Positions 9,292-17,797 of a stretch of DNA of 50,097 nucleotides are shown here, in pieces. Under the pieces are notes generated by a model. That model saw only the letters and a list, made by a program, of their open reading frames with translations, ran no database searches and was not told where the DNA came from. This DNA is from an uncultured Eubacteriales bacterium (GTDB taxonomy: Bacteria > Bacillota > Clostridia > Oscillospirales > CAJFTT01), in the NCBI GenBank assembly GCA_949284545.1, contig CASDVX010000099.1:1-50097 (forward strand), read 5' to 3'. A program made the position numbers and the translations under genes. Within the stretch, counting starts at the first letter, position 1. Each line of letters opens with the position of its first letter.

Positions 9292-10050
9292 TTATATTCT
9301 CGCGGGTATCCCGGCGGCGGCCATGTCCCGCTTCAGTTCCTTTATGCTCACTTCTCCGAAGTGGAAAACCGACGCGGCGAGACCTGCGTCCACCCAGGGT
9401 AGAGTCTTAAAGAGCCGGATGAAATCCTCCGCGCATCCCGCCCCTCCCGAGGCTATCACCGGGACGGGCAGGGAAGAGCAGAGCGCGTCCAGCATTTGTG
9501 TGTCGAAACCGCCCTTGACCCCGTCGGTGTCTATGGAATTGAGCACCACTTCTCCCGCGCCGCTGTCCACGCAGCGCTTTATCCATTCCGCCGCGTCCAG
9601 ACCCGTGTCCACCCGGCCGCCGTTTGCAAATACCCGGAAACCGCCGCCCGCGCGCTTGACGTCCGCAGAGATCACCACGCACTGGCTGCCGTACCGCTTT
9701 GCCGCCTCGTATATAAGAGACGGGTTGCGTATCGCCCCGGAATTCACGCTCACCTTATCCGCGCCGCATTTCAGCACCCGGTCGAAATCCTCCAGACTGC
9801 TTATCCCGCCGCCCACGGTCAGGGGAATAAACACCTTTGACGCTGTCCGGCAAAGTATGTCGGTGAAAAGCTTCCTTCCGTCCGACGAGGCTGTTATGTC
9901 ATAAAAAACAAGCTCGTCGGCGCCGCAGCGGCTGTAAAATTCCGCAAGCTCCACGGGGGAGGATACGTCGTTCAGCCCCTCGAAATTAACGCCCTTAACC
10001 ACCCGCCCGTCCTTTACGTCCAGGCAGGGTATGATCCTTTTGGTTATCAT
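9292..10050 (-). CDS. hisF: Imidazole glycerol phosphate synthase cyclase subunit
   Basis: KRIIPCLDVKDGRVVKGVNF, GADELVFYDITAS, PVIASGGAG. Confidence 0.98.
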   Translation of the reverse strand: MITKRIIPCLDVKDGRVVKGVNFEGLNDVSSPVELAEFYSRCGADELVFYDITASSDGRKLFTDILCRTASKVFIPLTVGGGISSLEDFDRVLKCGADKVSVNSGAIRNPSLIYEAAKRYGSQCVVISADVKRAGGGFRVFANGGRVDTGLDAAEWIKRCVDSGAGEVVLNSIDTDGVKGGFDTQMLDALCSSLPVPVIASGGAGCAEDFIRLFKTLPWVDAGLAASVFHFGEVSIKELKRDMAAAGIPARI

Positions 10051-10760
10051 TTTGCCACCTCTACAGCTTCCTTAAGGTTTACCGCTCCCGTGTAGTATGC
10101 CTTGCCTATTATCGCGCCGTGTATATTGACGGCGGCAAGCTGTCTCACGTCGTCAATGGAGGATACTCCGCCCGAGGCGATTATATTGGCGGGCAGCTCC
10201 CGGGAAAGGCGTCGGTACAGGGAAACGTTGGGGCCCTGCATCGCCCCGTCTCTTGAAATATCCGTGCATATCAGCGTGCCTATGCCGAGAGCGCACATGC
10301 GCCCGCAGAACTCAAAAGCGTCTATCCCGGAGCTTTCCGTCCAGCCGTTTACGGATATGAGCCCGTCGCGGATGTCCGCGCCCACGGCTATCCTGCTCCC
10401 GTACTCCCTGGCGGCAATGGCGAGAAGCTCCCCGTCCTTTACCGCGGTGGTGCCGAGTATCACCCTGTCCAGCCCGGCGGAAAGATATGCCTCCACCGTG
10501 TCAAGGCTCCGCACGCCGCCTCCCGTCTCGCAGAAAAGACCGCAGCTGTGCTTTATTTCCCGTATCACGTCGAAATTCGGCGTTGAACCGCCCCTCGCGC
10601 CCTCAAGATCCACGATGTGGACGTGTGTTGCCCCGAGGGAAACAAAATCGCGGGCTATGGCGGCGGGGTCGTCCCCGTACACGGTCATTTTGGAATAATC
10701 GCCCTTGTAAAGCCTCACGGCCTTGCCCTCAAACAGGTCTATGGCGGGATAAATATACAT
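10047..10760 (-). CDS. hisA: ProFAR isomerase
   Basis: IYPAIDL..GKAVRLYKGDY, HIVDLEGA, TDISRDG, IIASGGV. Confidence 0.98.
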   Translation of the reverse strand: MYIYPAIDLFEGKAVRLYKGDYSKMTVYGDDPAAIARDFVSLGATHVHIVDLEGARGGSTPNFDVIREIKHSCGLFCETGGGVRSLDTVEAYLSAGLDRVILGTTAVKDGELLAIAAREYGSRIAVGADIRDGLISVNGWTESSGIDAFEFCGRMCALGIGTLICTDISRDGAMQGPNVSLYRRLSRELPANIIASGGVSSIDDVRQLAAVNIHGAIIGKAYYTGAVNLKEAVEVAK

Positions 10761-10764
10761 GATG

Positions 10765-11382
10765 TCACCCTCCCGTGCGGCAGAATGCCCTCAGAATGTT
10801 AAGTCCCGTTTCCCCGCTTTTCTCCGGGTGGAACTGACATCCGAAAACGTTGCCCTTTGCCACGGCGGCCGTGAGAGGGACTCCGTATTCCGCATCGGCG
10901 GCCACATATTCGTCGCATTCAGTTGCGTAATATGAGTGAACGAAGTAAACGAAATCGCCGTCCTTGATAAATTCAAACAGGGGACAGTCGGGCTGGCGGA
11001 ACCGCAGGGAATTCCAGCCGATATGAGGGATCTTGTACCCGGCGGGGATCACGTGGGCGATAGGACGGATCTCTCCGGGTATGAGGCCCAGACCATCGTG
11101 CTCCCCGTACTCGAAGCTCCTGTCAAAAAGAAGCTGCATACCGAGGCATATTCCGAGAAGAGGCTTGCCCAGCGAAGCCTCCTTCTTTACCGCGTCTCCC
11201 AGACCGGACGCGCGCAGCTTTTCCGCTGCGTCTCCGAAAGCGCCCACGCCGGGCAGTACCACGGCGTCGGCCGAGACTATCACGGAGGGATCGGAGGTCA
11301 CGGCGGCCCTGACCCCTATTGCGTCAAACGAGCTTTTGAGGGAGAAAAGATTTCCCACCCCGTAGTCAACCACAGCTATCAT
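10765..11382 (-). CDS. hisH: Imidazole glycerol phosphate synthase glutaminase subunit
   Basis: VDYGVGNL, LPGVGAF, GICLGMQ, QFHPEKS; TGATG overlap with hisB. Confidence 0.98.
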   Translation of the reverse strand: MIAVVDYGVGNLFSLKSSFDAIGVRAAVTSDPSVIVSADAVVLPGVGAFGDAAEKLRASGLGDAVKKEASLGKPLLGICLGMQLLFDRSFEYGEHDGLGLIPGEIRPIAHVIPAGYKIPHIGWNSLRFRQPDCPLFEFIKDGDFVYFVHSYYATECDEYVAADAEYGVPLTAAVAKGNVFGCQFHPEKSGETGLNILRAFCRTGG

Positions 11383-11969
11383 CACAGCACTCCCTTTGTG
11401 GACGGCACCCTGCCCAGATACGCGGGATCCGTCTCCGCGGCGTCCCGCAGACACCGGGCGGCGGCCTTGAATACGCATTCGGCTATGTGATGGGAATTTT
11501 CTCCGGAGAGCTGCCTCACGTGGAGCGTAACGGCGGAAGCCCTGACAAAGGCCAGCCAGAATTCCTTTACAAGCTCCGAATCAAAATTCCCTATTTTCTG
11601 CGCCGGTATCGAAACGTCCCAACTTAGCACCGACCGGCCCGACAGGTCTGCGGCGCAGAGCACGAGAGCCTCGTCCATGGGGATGACGGAATGACCGTAC
11701 CTGCGTATTCCCGATTTGTCGCCCAGCGAAGAGCAAAAGGCCTGCCCGAGACATATTCCTATATCCTCCGCCGTGTGGTGAAAATCCACGTTCGTATCTC
11801 CGCTGCACGACAGGTTCAGGTCAAAGCAGCCGTGGGCGGAAAACAGGGTGAGCATATGGTCAAGAAACCCGCAGCCTGTGTTTATATCGCTTTTTCCGCT
11901 CCCGTCCAAAACAAGGGAAAGGGTTATGTCCGTTTCGGCGGTTTTGCGCCTTATATCCGAGCTTCTCAT
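11382..11969 (-). CDS. hisB: Imidazoleglycerol-phosphate dehydratase
   Basis: RKTAETDI, FLDHML, DFHHTAED, PMDEAL, NSHHIAE, PSTKGVL. Confidence 0.98.
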   Translation of the reverse strand: MRSSDIRRKTAETDITLSLVLDGSGKSDINTGCGFLDHMLTLFSAHGCFDLNLSCSGDTNVDFHHTAEDIGICLGQAFCSSLGDKSGIRRYGHSVIPMDEALVLCAADLSGRSVLSWDVSIPAQKIGNFDSELVKEFWLAFVRASAVTLHVRQLSGENSHHIAECVFKAAARCLRDAAETDPAYLGRVPSTKGVL

Positions 11970-12381
11970 ATTTTTTCTTCCTTTCTCGTGGTTGGTTCTT
12001 GTATAGTGACATGTGCTTTTTAAAAATCGAATCCGCCGCCTGCGTCCCCGCCTCAGGCCGCCGCCTGCAAATCACTGCAGCGCCGCTTCTATTTGCCGCC
12101 GGCCGCCTCTCCTTCAGCGTTTCGCAAACCCCTCACAAAGCCGGCATGCGCGCCGTCTCTCGTCCTGCGTTTCGCGCCCACGGGCTGCCGTGCAGTATCT
12201 AACCGGCCGGACGTTTTTTGCGTGACCCTGACAAATTTGCCGCCCGCGGGACGTAACTTCGCTGCAAGCCCCGTTTTTTGGATCCTACCGCCAGCGCCCG
12301 AGGGAAATACCACGGTCCCTCATTTGGCGCGGGAATGCCGTGTGACGCCGTAGGTTCCGCATTGAACCGGCTGACGCGCGG

Positions 12382-13443
12382 TCATATGCTTTCGAGTATT
12401 TCCCGTATCGCGCCCACGAGAGCCGCCATCTGCTCTTCGCTGCCCACCGTGATGCGGTCGTAATCCTCTATCCTCGGAAGGGAGAAGTGCCGCACGAGTA
12501 TCCGGCGTTTCCTGAGCTCAAGGCAAAGTTCCCCGCCGCCTATTTTCGGGTGCCGTGCAAAAATGAAGTTAGTCATCGAGTCGGTGAGTTCAAAGCCCAT
12601 CCCTTTAAGCTGCTCCGACACGGCGCGGCGGGTGTCCGCTATCTTACGGCAGTTAAGACGGGTATATTCCCCGTCCTCCAGCACGCCTATGCCCGCAGCC
12701 ATGGTCATGCGGTTGATGTTATACGGGTTAGTGGAATATTTCACGGTTTTAAGGTCGTTTATCAGCTCCGGGCACGCCGCCCCGAACCCTAGCCTTGCCC
12801 CCGCCATGGAGCGGGATTTTGAGAACGTCTGTGTCACAAGGAGGTTGGGGTATCTGCGTATAAGAGGCACGCAGCTGCGCGCGCCGAAATCCACATAAGC
12901 TTCGTCGATGACCACCACGTTGTCGGGATTGTTCGCGACTATCGCTTCCACGCTTTCCGCGGACAGAGCGAGACCGGTGGGAGCGTTGGGATTGGCTATG
13001 AAGACCGTGCCGCCGCACCCGAAGTAGTCCTCCGGCGCAAGGGTGAAATCCTCACGGAGCGGTATTTCCCTGAATGGCACCCCGTTGAGTCCTGCAAAAA
13101 CCGGATAAAACCCGTAGGTGATATCGGGAAACACCGCCGGCACACTGTCGCTGCAAAAAGCCTTGAAGGCGAAATCAAGTATTTCGTCGGAGCCGTTGGT
13201 CATAAGGACACAGTCGCTGCCGACGCCGCACATTTCCGCGGTTTTCCGCGTAAGCTCCGCACATTCCGGATCCGGGTACAGCTCCAGTTTTTCTGCTGCC
13301 AGTGCGGCTGCCCTGACAGCTTTGGGCGACGGCGGGAACGGCGATTCGTTGGTGTTGAGCTTTATATACCCGTCCCCGGGCGGCTGTTCACCCGGCTGAT
13401 ACGGAGTGAGGCAGCGAAGCCGCTGACTTAAAAACCTGCTCAT
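12382..13443 (-). CDS. hisC: Histidinol-phosphate aminotransferase
   Basis: KLNTNESP, NGSDE, ANPNAPTG, DEAYVDF, TFSKSRSMAGARLG. Confidence 0.97.
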   Translation of the reverse strand: MSRFLSQRLRCLTPYQPGEQPPGDGYIKLNTNESPFPPSPKAVRAAALAAEKLELYPDPECAELTRKTAEMCGVGSDCVLMTNGSDEILDFAFKAFCSDSVPAVFPDITYGFYPVFAGLNGVPFREIPLREDFTLAPEDYFGCGGTVFIANPNAPTGLALSAESVEAIVANNPDNVVVIDEAYVDFGARSCVPLIRRYPNLLVTQTFSKSRSMAGARLGFGAACPELINDLKTVKYSTNPYNINRMTMAAGIGVLEDGEYTRLNCRKIADTRRAVSEQLKGMGFELTDSMTNFIFARHPKIGGGELCLELRKRRILVRHFSLPRIEDYDRITVGSEEQMAALVGAIREILESI

Positions 13444-14723
13444 TTCTTCTCACCCTCGGTCCTTATCAGCGCGCTTTCAGCGTGCGCGGTGAGTCCCTCC
13501 GTACGTGCGAAGAACGCCACATCCTCCGCAACGGCGCCGAAAGCCTCCGCAGAATAATAGGTGTACTGTATCTTTTTTACGAAATCATCCACCGACAGGG
13601 GACTGGAAAATCTTGCGGTGCCGCCTGTGGGAAGGGTGTGGTTCGGACCGGCGAAATAATCGCCCAGAGCCTCGGGACAGTTCCTGCCCAGAAACACCGA
13701 TCCGGCGTTCTCTATCCCGTCGAGGATGTCAAAGGGACTGTCCACGCACAGTTCGAGATGTTCCGGAGCAAGCTCATTGGATATTTCCACTGCCTCGGAC
13801 AGGCTGCCCGTTATGATTATTTTCCCGTTGGTGTCTATGGAAGCTCTTGCGATATCCTTCCTTTCGAGAAGGGGGATCTGGCGTTCAAGCTCGTCTCTCA
13901 CCGCGTATGCAAGCTCCTCCGAGTCAGTCACCAGGACAGCGCTTGCCAGCCTGTCGTGCTCGGCCTGGGACAGCAGGTCCGCCGCAGCGTGAGACGGCGG
14001 CGTGTTTTTATCCGCGATTATAAGTATCTCGCTGGGACCTGCTATCATGTCTATGGACACTGCTCCGAATACCTGCCGTTTCGCCTCGGCGACATACGCG
14101 TTGCCCGGACCGACTATCTTGTCCGCACGAGGTATGGTTTCGGTGCCGTACGCCATGGCGGCCACAGCCTGAGCACCGCCTACGGCGAAGACCCTGTCCA
14201 CGCCGGCCACATATGCGGCGGCGAGGATGGCGGGATTGACCTTTCCGTCCTTGCCCGGAGGAGTGGTCATTATTATTTCCCCGCATCCGGCAATTTTCGC
14301 AGGTATGGCATTCATGAGCACGCTGGACGGGTACGCCGCGGTGCCGCCGGGGATGTAAAGACCGGCCCTGTGTATCGGAACGACTTTCTGCCCCGTCACA
14401 ACACCCTTTTTGTTATTGAGTATAAACCCGCTCCTCACCTGGTTTACGTGAAAGGCGCGGATGTTTTCCGCCGCCCTCTCGAGCACGCCCCTGAATTCCG
14501 GGTCGGCCCCGTCGGCCGCGGCCTTTATCTCCGCCGCAGGCACTTCGAGGCTGCTCAGCTTTACCCCGTCGAATTTCTCGCAGTATTCCATAAGGGCCGC
14601 ATCGCCCCGCGCGCGCACGTCGCTTATTATGGAGGACACCGTGTCCTCAAGGCCGGTTATCCGTTCCCCGCGCGCCAGGATGCTGCTCACGGGAGTGTCG
14701 CACAGTTTCATTATCTTTATCAT
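13440..14723 (-). CDS. hisD: Histidinol dehydrogenase
   Basis: YIPGGTAAYPSS, GGAQAVAA, GPGNAYV, AGPSE, APEHLE, GPNHTLPT; RBS GGAGGA before ATG 14723. Confidence 0.98.
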   Translation of the reverse strand: MIKIMKLCDTPVSSILARGERITGLEDTVSSIISDVRARGDAALMEYCEKFDGVKLSSLEVPAAEIKAAADGADPEFRGVLERAAENIRAFHVNQVRSGFILNNKKGVVTGQKVVPIHRAGLYIPGGTAAYPSSVLMNAIPAKIAGCGEIIMTTPPGKDGKVNPAILAAAYVAGVDRVFAVGGAQAVAAMAYGTETIPRADKIVGPGNAYVAEAKRQVFGAVSIDMIAGPSEILIIADKNTPPSHAAADLLSQAEHDRLASAVLVTDSEELAYAVRDELERQIPLLERKDIARASIDTNGKIIITGSLSEAVEISNELAPEHLELCVDSPFDILDGIENAGSVFLGRNCPEALGDYFAGPNHTLPTGGTARFSSPLSVDDFVKKIQYTYYSAEAFGAVAEDVAFFARTEGLTAHAESALIRTEGEKK

Positions 14724-14754
14724 AAGGCATCGTTCCTCCGAAAGAAATACGTAT

Positions 14755-15393
14755 TCATATGATACCTGTGAGCTGCGAGGAAAGTCCGTCAAAAAGAGCG
14801 GATATCCTGTCGCCCTTAAACATAAAGCCCGCTTTGTTTGCAATGAGCCTCGCGCTTATGGGGAATATCTCCTCATATACCTCAAGGTCATTTTCCCTCA
14901 GTGTGGTTCCCGTCTCCACTATGTCCACTATCACGTCCGAAAGCCCGAGTATGGGTGCTATCTCTATGGAACCGTTGAGATGTATTATGTCGATATCGCG
15001 CCCGCGGGAAGCATAGTACCTCTTTGCCGTGTTCGCAAATTTTGTGGCGACACGCAGGGTACGCAGACGGTCGTCCCTGAACCCTTTTTTGGCGGCGACG
15101 GCCATACGGCACCTGCCGAGCCCCAGATCCAGAAGCTCGTACACATCGGGCTCGTATTCGGCGAGTATGTCCTTGCCGGCGACACCCACGTCGGCGGCGC
15201 CTCGTTCCACGTATATGGCCACGTCGGACGGCTTCACCCAGAAGTAGCGCACGCCGGCGGCCGGGTTTTCAAATATCAGCTTACGGCTGCTTTCAAGCAC
15301 CGAGGGACATGGAAAACCCGCGCTCTCGAACATGCCGTATACCTTTTCGCCAAGCCTCCCTTTGGGCAGGGCGATGTTAAGCATATCTTCCAT
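14755..15393 (-). CDS. hisG: ATP phosphoribosyltransferase, short form
   Basis: IALPKGRL, RVATKF, GSIEIAP..GLSDVIVDIVETGTTLREN; 212 aa, HisZ-dependent type. Confidence 0.97.
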   Translation of the reverse strand: MEDMLNIALPKGRLGEKVYGMFESAGFPCPSVLESSRKLIFENPAAGVRYFWVKPSDVAIYVERGAADVGVAGKDILAEYEPDVYELLDLGLGRCRMAVAAKKGFRDDRLRTLRVATKFANTAKRYYASRGRDIDIIHLNGSIEIAPILGLSDVIVDIVETGTTLRENDLEVYEEIFPISARLIANKAGFMFKGDRISALFDGLSSQLTGII

Positions 15394-15395
15394 TG

Positions 15396-16499
15396 TCAGG
15401 TACCTCCGTCCATCTTTACGAGTTTGCCGTATCTCAAACCCTCGGGCAGCTGCCTGAGGGCCAGCACGCGGCTGCCGTCAGCCGACAGCTCCTCGGCCTT
15501 CTTCCTCACCGCAGCCGGATCACAGTCGCATCCGTATAAAAGGACCACGTCCGCGTCGTATGCAACGGAATCGGCGCCCAGGTACATCAGCTCATCCAGA
15601 TACACGGCGAACCCCACTGCCCTTGAGGAACGGTTCATTTTTACCATCAGCCTGTCATACTGTCCCCCCGACAGAATGCCGGCGGGTATGCCGGGCACGT
15701 ACCCCTTGAACACCACTCCGTTATAATATCCTATATCGTTGACCACGGAGAAATCCACGCGTATCATATCCGCAAAACCGGCGCGTTTCAGGGCGCCGAG
15801 CAGCGCCTCCAGCTGATAAACGGATTCACCCAGAACCCCACCGTCAGACAGCGCTTTTATCTCGTCCGGAATCGACGCCCCGCTGCCGGTCACGGAAACA
15901 AGACTCAGCATCGCGCGCAGGCCGTCACCGTCCGCGCCGCAGTCACGGCATATTCTTGCGAGCTCATGGGAATTTTTTTCGCCCACGCAGCGAAGCACGC
16001 CGGGACGTTCGTTTTCCGGTATGCCGCAGGCGTCCATAACGCCGGACAGTATCCCGAGATGGGATATGCTCAGTATCCCTCCGGACGAGACCGTGCGCAG
16101 GCTCTCCGCCGCAAGGGAGAGGACCTCGAAAAGGCAGTAGCTGTCCGTGTCCCCTATGCATTCCACGCCGACCTGAGTTATTTCACGGAAATCCCTCGTT
16201 CCCTTAAATACCCGGTATACGTTCTCATTATAATACACTTTCTGCACTTTTCCGGGCTCGTCGCGCCCGTTTTTCACTATGGAAAGCGTCACGTCCGGCT
16301 TTAACGCCATCAGCTTTCCGTCTGTGTCGGTGAAAGTTATTATATTGTCAGAGATGAGGAAATCCCTGTTGCGCGCGTAAAGCTCGTATTCCTCGAATTT
16401 GCTCATCCTGTAACGGGAATAACCGCTGAGCTCGTAAAGGGCGCTGAGCCTTGATATCATGGATTCCCCGGAGTTTTGCGTGGCGTAAACGGAATTCAT
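15396..16499 (-). CDS. hisZ: ATP phosphoribosyltransferase regulatory subunit
   Basis: LKPDVTLSI, YYNENVYR, QVGVECIG, YYNGVVF, SGGQYD; immediately upstream of short hisG. Confidence 0.93.
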   Translation of the reverse strand: MNSVYATQNSGESMISRLSALYELSGYSRYRMSKFEEYELYARNRDFLISDNIITFTDTDGKLMALKPDVTLSIVKNGRDEPGKVQKVYYNENVYRVFKGTRDFREITQVGVECIGDTDSYCLFEVLSLAAESLRTVSSGGILSISHLGILSGVMDACGIPENERPGVLRCVGEKNSHELARICRDCGADGDGLRAMLSLVSVTGSGASIPDEIKALSDGGVLGESVYQLEALLGALKRAGFADMIRVDFSVVNDIGYYNGVVFKGYVPGIPAGILSGGQYDRLMVKMNRSSRAVGFAVYLDELMYLGADSVAYDADVVLLYGCDCDPAAVRKKAEELSADGSRVLALRQLPEGLRYGKLVKMDGGT

Positions 16500-16828
16500 T
16501 TCGCACTTCCTTCCCCGCCGTCCGAAGATTCGACCGGCGCTTCTCTCTTTTTAAGCCTGTCTATGGCCGTGCGGTACCCTCCGCTCCCGTAATGCAGACA
16601 CCGGCTAACACGGCTTATGGTGGCGGTGCTCACGTTGACGTCCCGGGAAACCGCCTGATAGTTGGCGCCCTGATCCAGCAGCACCGCGACTTCCAGCCGC
16701 TGAGTCATGTCCTGTATTTCCTTTATGGTGCATATATCCTGAAAAAAGTCATAGCACTCGTCAATAGTTTTAAGGTTCAGAATAGCCCTGAAAAGCCTGT
16801 CTACGGCCTGCGAACGTATACCCGGCAT
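16496..16828 (-). CDS. yerC: TrpR-like YerC/YecD family regulator (histidine repressor HisR)
   Basis: ECYDFFQDICTIKEI..QRLEVA..VSTATISRVSRCLHYGSGGY; first gene of the his operon. Confidence 0.92.
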   Translation of the reverse strand: MPGIRSQAVDRLFRAILNLKTIDECYDFFQDICTIKEIQDMTQRLEVAVLLDQGANYQAVSRDVNVSTATISRVSRCLHYGSGGYRTAIDRLKKREAPVESSDGGEGSAK

Positions 16829-16862
16829 TGATTATACACCTCCGAAATTTTAGAACATTATT

Positions 16863-16891
16863 ATGTTATCACTTTATTACAGTAAAGTCAA
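16863..16891 (-). promoter_or_regulatory. Sigma-A promoter of the his operon containing a palindromic HisR/YerC operator (16870-16889)
   Basis: Minus strand TTGACT-N17-(TG)TAACAT; palindrome CACTTTA-TTACAG-TAAAGTC covers the spacer and overlaps the -35. Confidence 0.8.
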
Positions 16892-16974
16892 CGGTCGAAG
16901 ATGTTTATTTTTTGTAAAGAAATTTTGTGAAAAACGTGTGTTGTACGCCGATTAAAATATTGTGGCGTATATCG

Positions 16975-17004
16975 GGATAAACTGACCTTTTGCAGCCGAT
17001 AATA
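16975..17004 (+). promoter_or_regulatory. Putative sigma-G-like promoter of the spore pair
   Basis: GGATA-N18-GATAATA. Confidence 0.35.
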
Positions 17005-17056
17005 GTTGAAGGGAGCACGCTGCTCCGAAAAATGATGAAAGAAAGGGACGGTAAAT

Positions 17057-17233
17057 ATGTCACCGAAGGAACTACTCTATATCGAGGACGCTCTCGGACA
17101 TGAGCAGCAGATGAAAAAATCGTGCTGCGACTTTGCCTCTCAGCTCCAGGACGCGGAGCTGAAGAATTTTGTACAGGGCCTTTGCGGCCGCCACCAGAAG
17201 ACTTTTGACGGGTTTTTCGGTTTGCTGGGATGA
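17057..17233 (+). CDS. Small 58-aa spore-coat-associated protein (absent from the ORF track)
   Basis: RBS GAAAGGGA; MSPKELLYIEDALGHEQQMKKSCCDFASQLQDAELKNFVQGLCGRHQKTFDGFFGLLG*; directly precedes the CotF-like gene. Confidence 0.8.
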   Translation: MSPKELLYIEDALGHEQQMKKSCCDFASQLQDAELKNFVQGLCGRHQKTFDGFFGLLG

Positions 17234-17272
17234 CCTGCTGCCGGAGCAATAACAGAGGAAAGGAAGAATAAA

Positions 17273-17518
17273 ATGGACGACAGAACAATAATGGACAATA
17301 TCCTGTCGGCGACCAAGGGCGCCTGCGACCTGATGATGCACGGGGCTATCGAATCGTCGACGCCGGAGGTACACGGTAAATTCAAGCAGGCTTTTGATGA
17401 GACGCTCTGTATGCAGAATGAAATATATTCCGTTATGGCCCAAAAGGGATGGTACCCCGCACAGCAGGCGGAGCAGCAGAAAATAGACGCGGCGAAGCGC
17501 AAGTTTTCGGCGCAGTAA
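17273..17518 (+). CDS. Coat F domain spore protein
   Basis: MDDRTIMDNILS..K..CDLMMHGAIESSTPEV...QNEIYSVMAQKGWYP; RBS GAAAGGA. Confidence 0.85.
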   Translation: MDDRTIMDNILSATKGACDLMMHGAIESSTPEVHGKFKQAFDETLCMQNEIYSVMAQKGWYPAQQAEQQKIDAAKRKFSAQ

Positions 17519-17524
17519 AGCAGG

Positions 17525-17553
17525 TTCCCCGCAAAAAAGCGGGGAATTTTCTT
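17525..17553 (+). terminator. Rho-independent terminator
   Basis: TTCCCCGC-AAAAAA-GCGGGGAA followed by TTTTCTT. Confidence 0.85.
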
Positions 17554-17733
17554 ATTCCGGGGGCGAACGGCTTTGCCCGTACGGGGCAGGCGGCGTTCCC
17601 GACGGGGGGCCGTGAAAGAGGACGCACACGAACCGGCAGCCGCCGCAGGGAAGCGTCCGGACCGTGCGCGGCGTCGGCCGCCGTCACACCTCCCGGCGTA
17701 AGTGTCCGAAATGTGAAAAACTCGTCAAAACCC

Positions 17734-17762
17734 TTGTGTGCGAAGGAAGTGTGTAGTATAAT
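17734..17762 (+). promoter_or_regulatory. Putative sigma-A promoter of the desulfurase-thiI operon
   Basis: TTGTGT-N17-TATAAT. Confidence 0.6.
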
Positions 17763-17797
17763 AAAGCGGATATTGCAAATTTAACGGGGAATGGCAA

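Noticed and set aside
13482-15726. Long plus-strand ORFs (426 aa, 421 aa) opposite hisD/hisG/hisZ
   Set aside because: Antisense shadows in GC-rich DNA; the minus strand carries unambiguous His enzyme motifs
16829-16862. T-box or His-leader-peptide attenuator for the his operon
   Set aside because: Leader is only about 30 nt; no T-box motif and no His codon run
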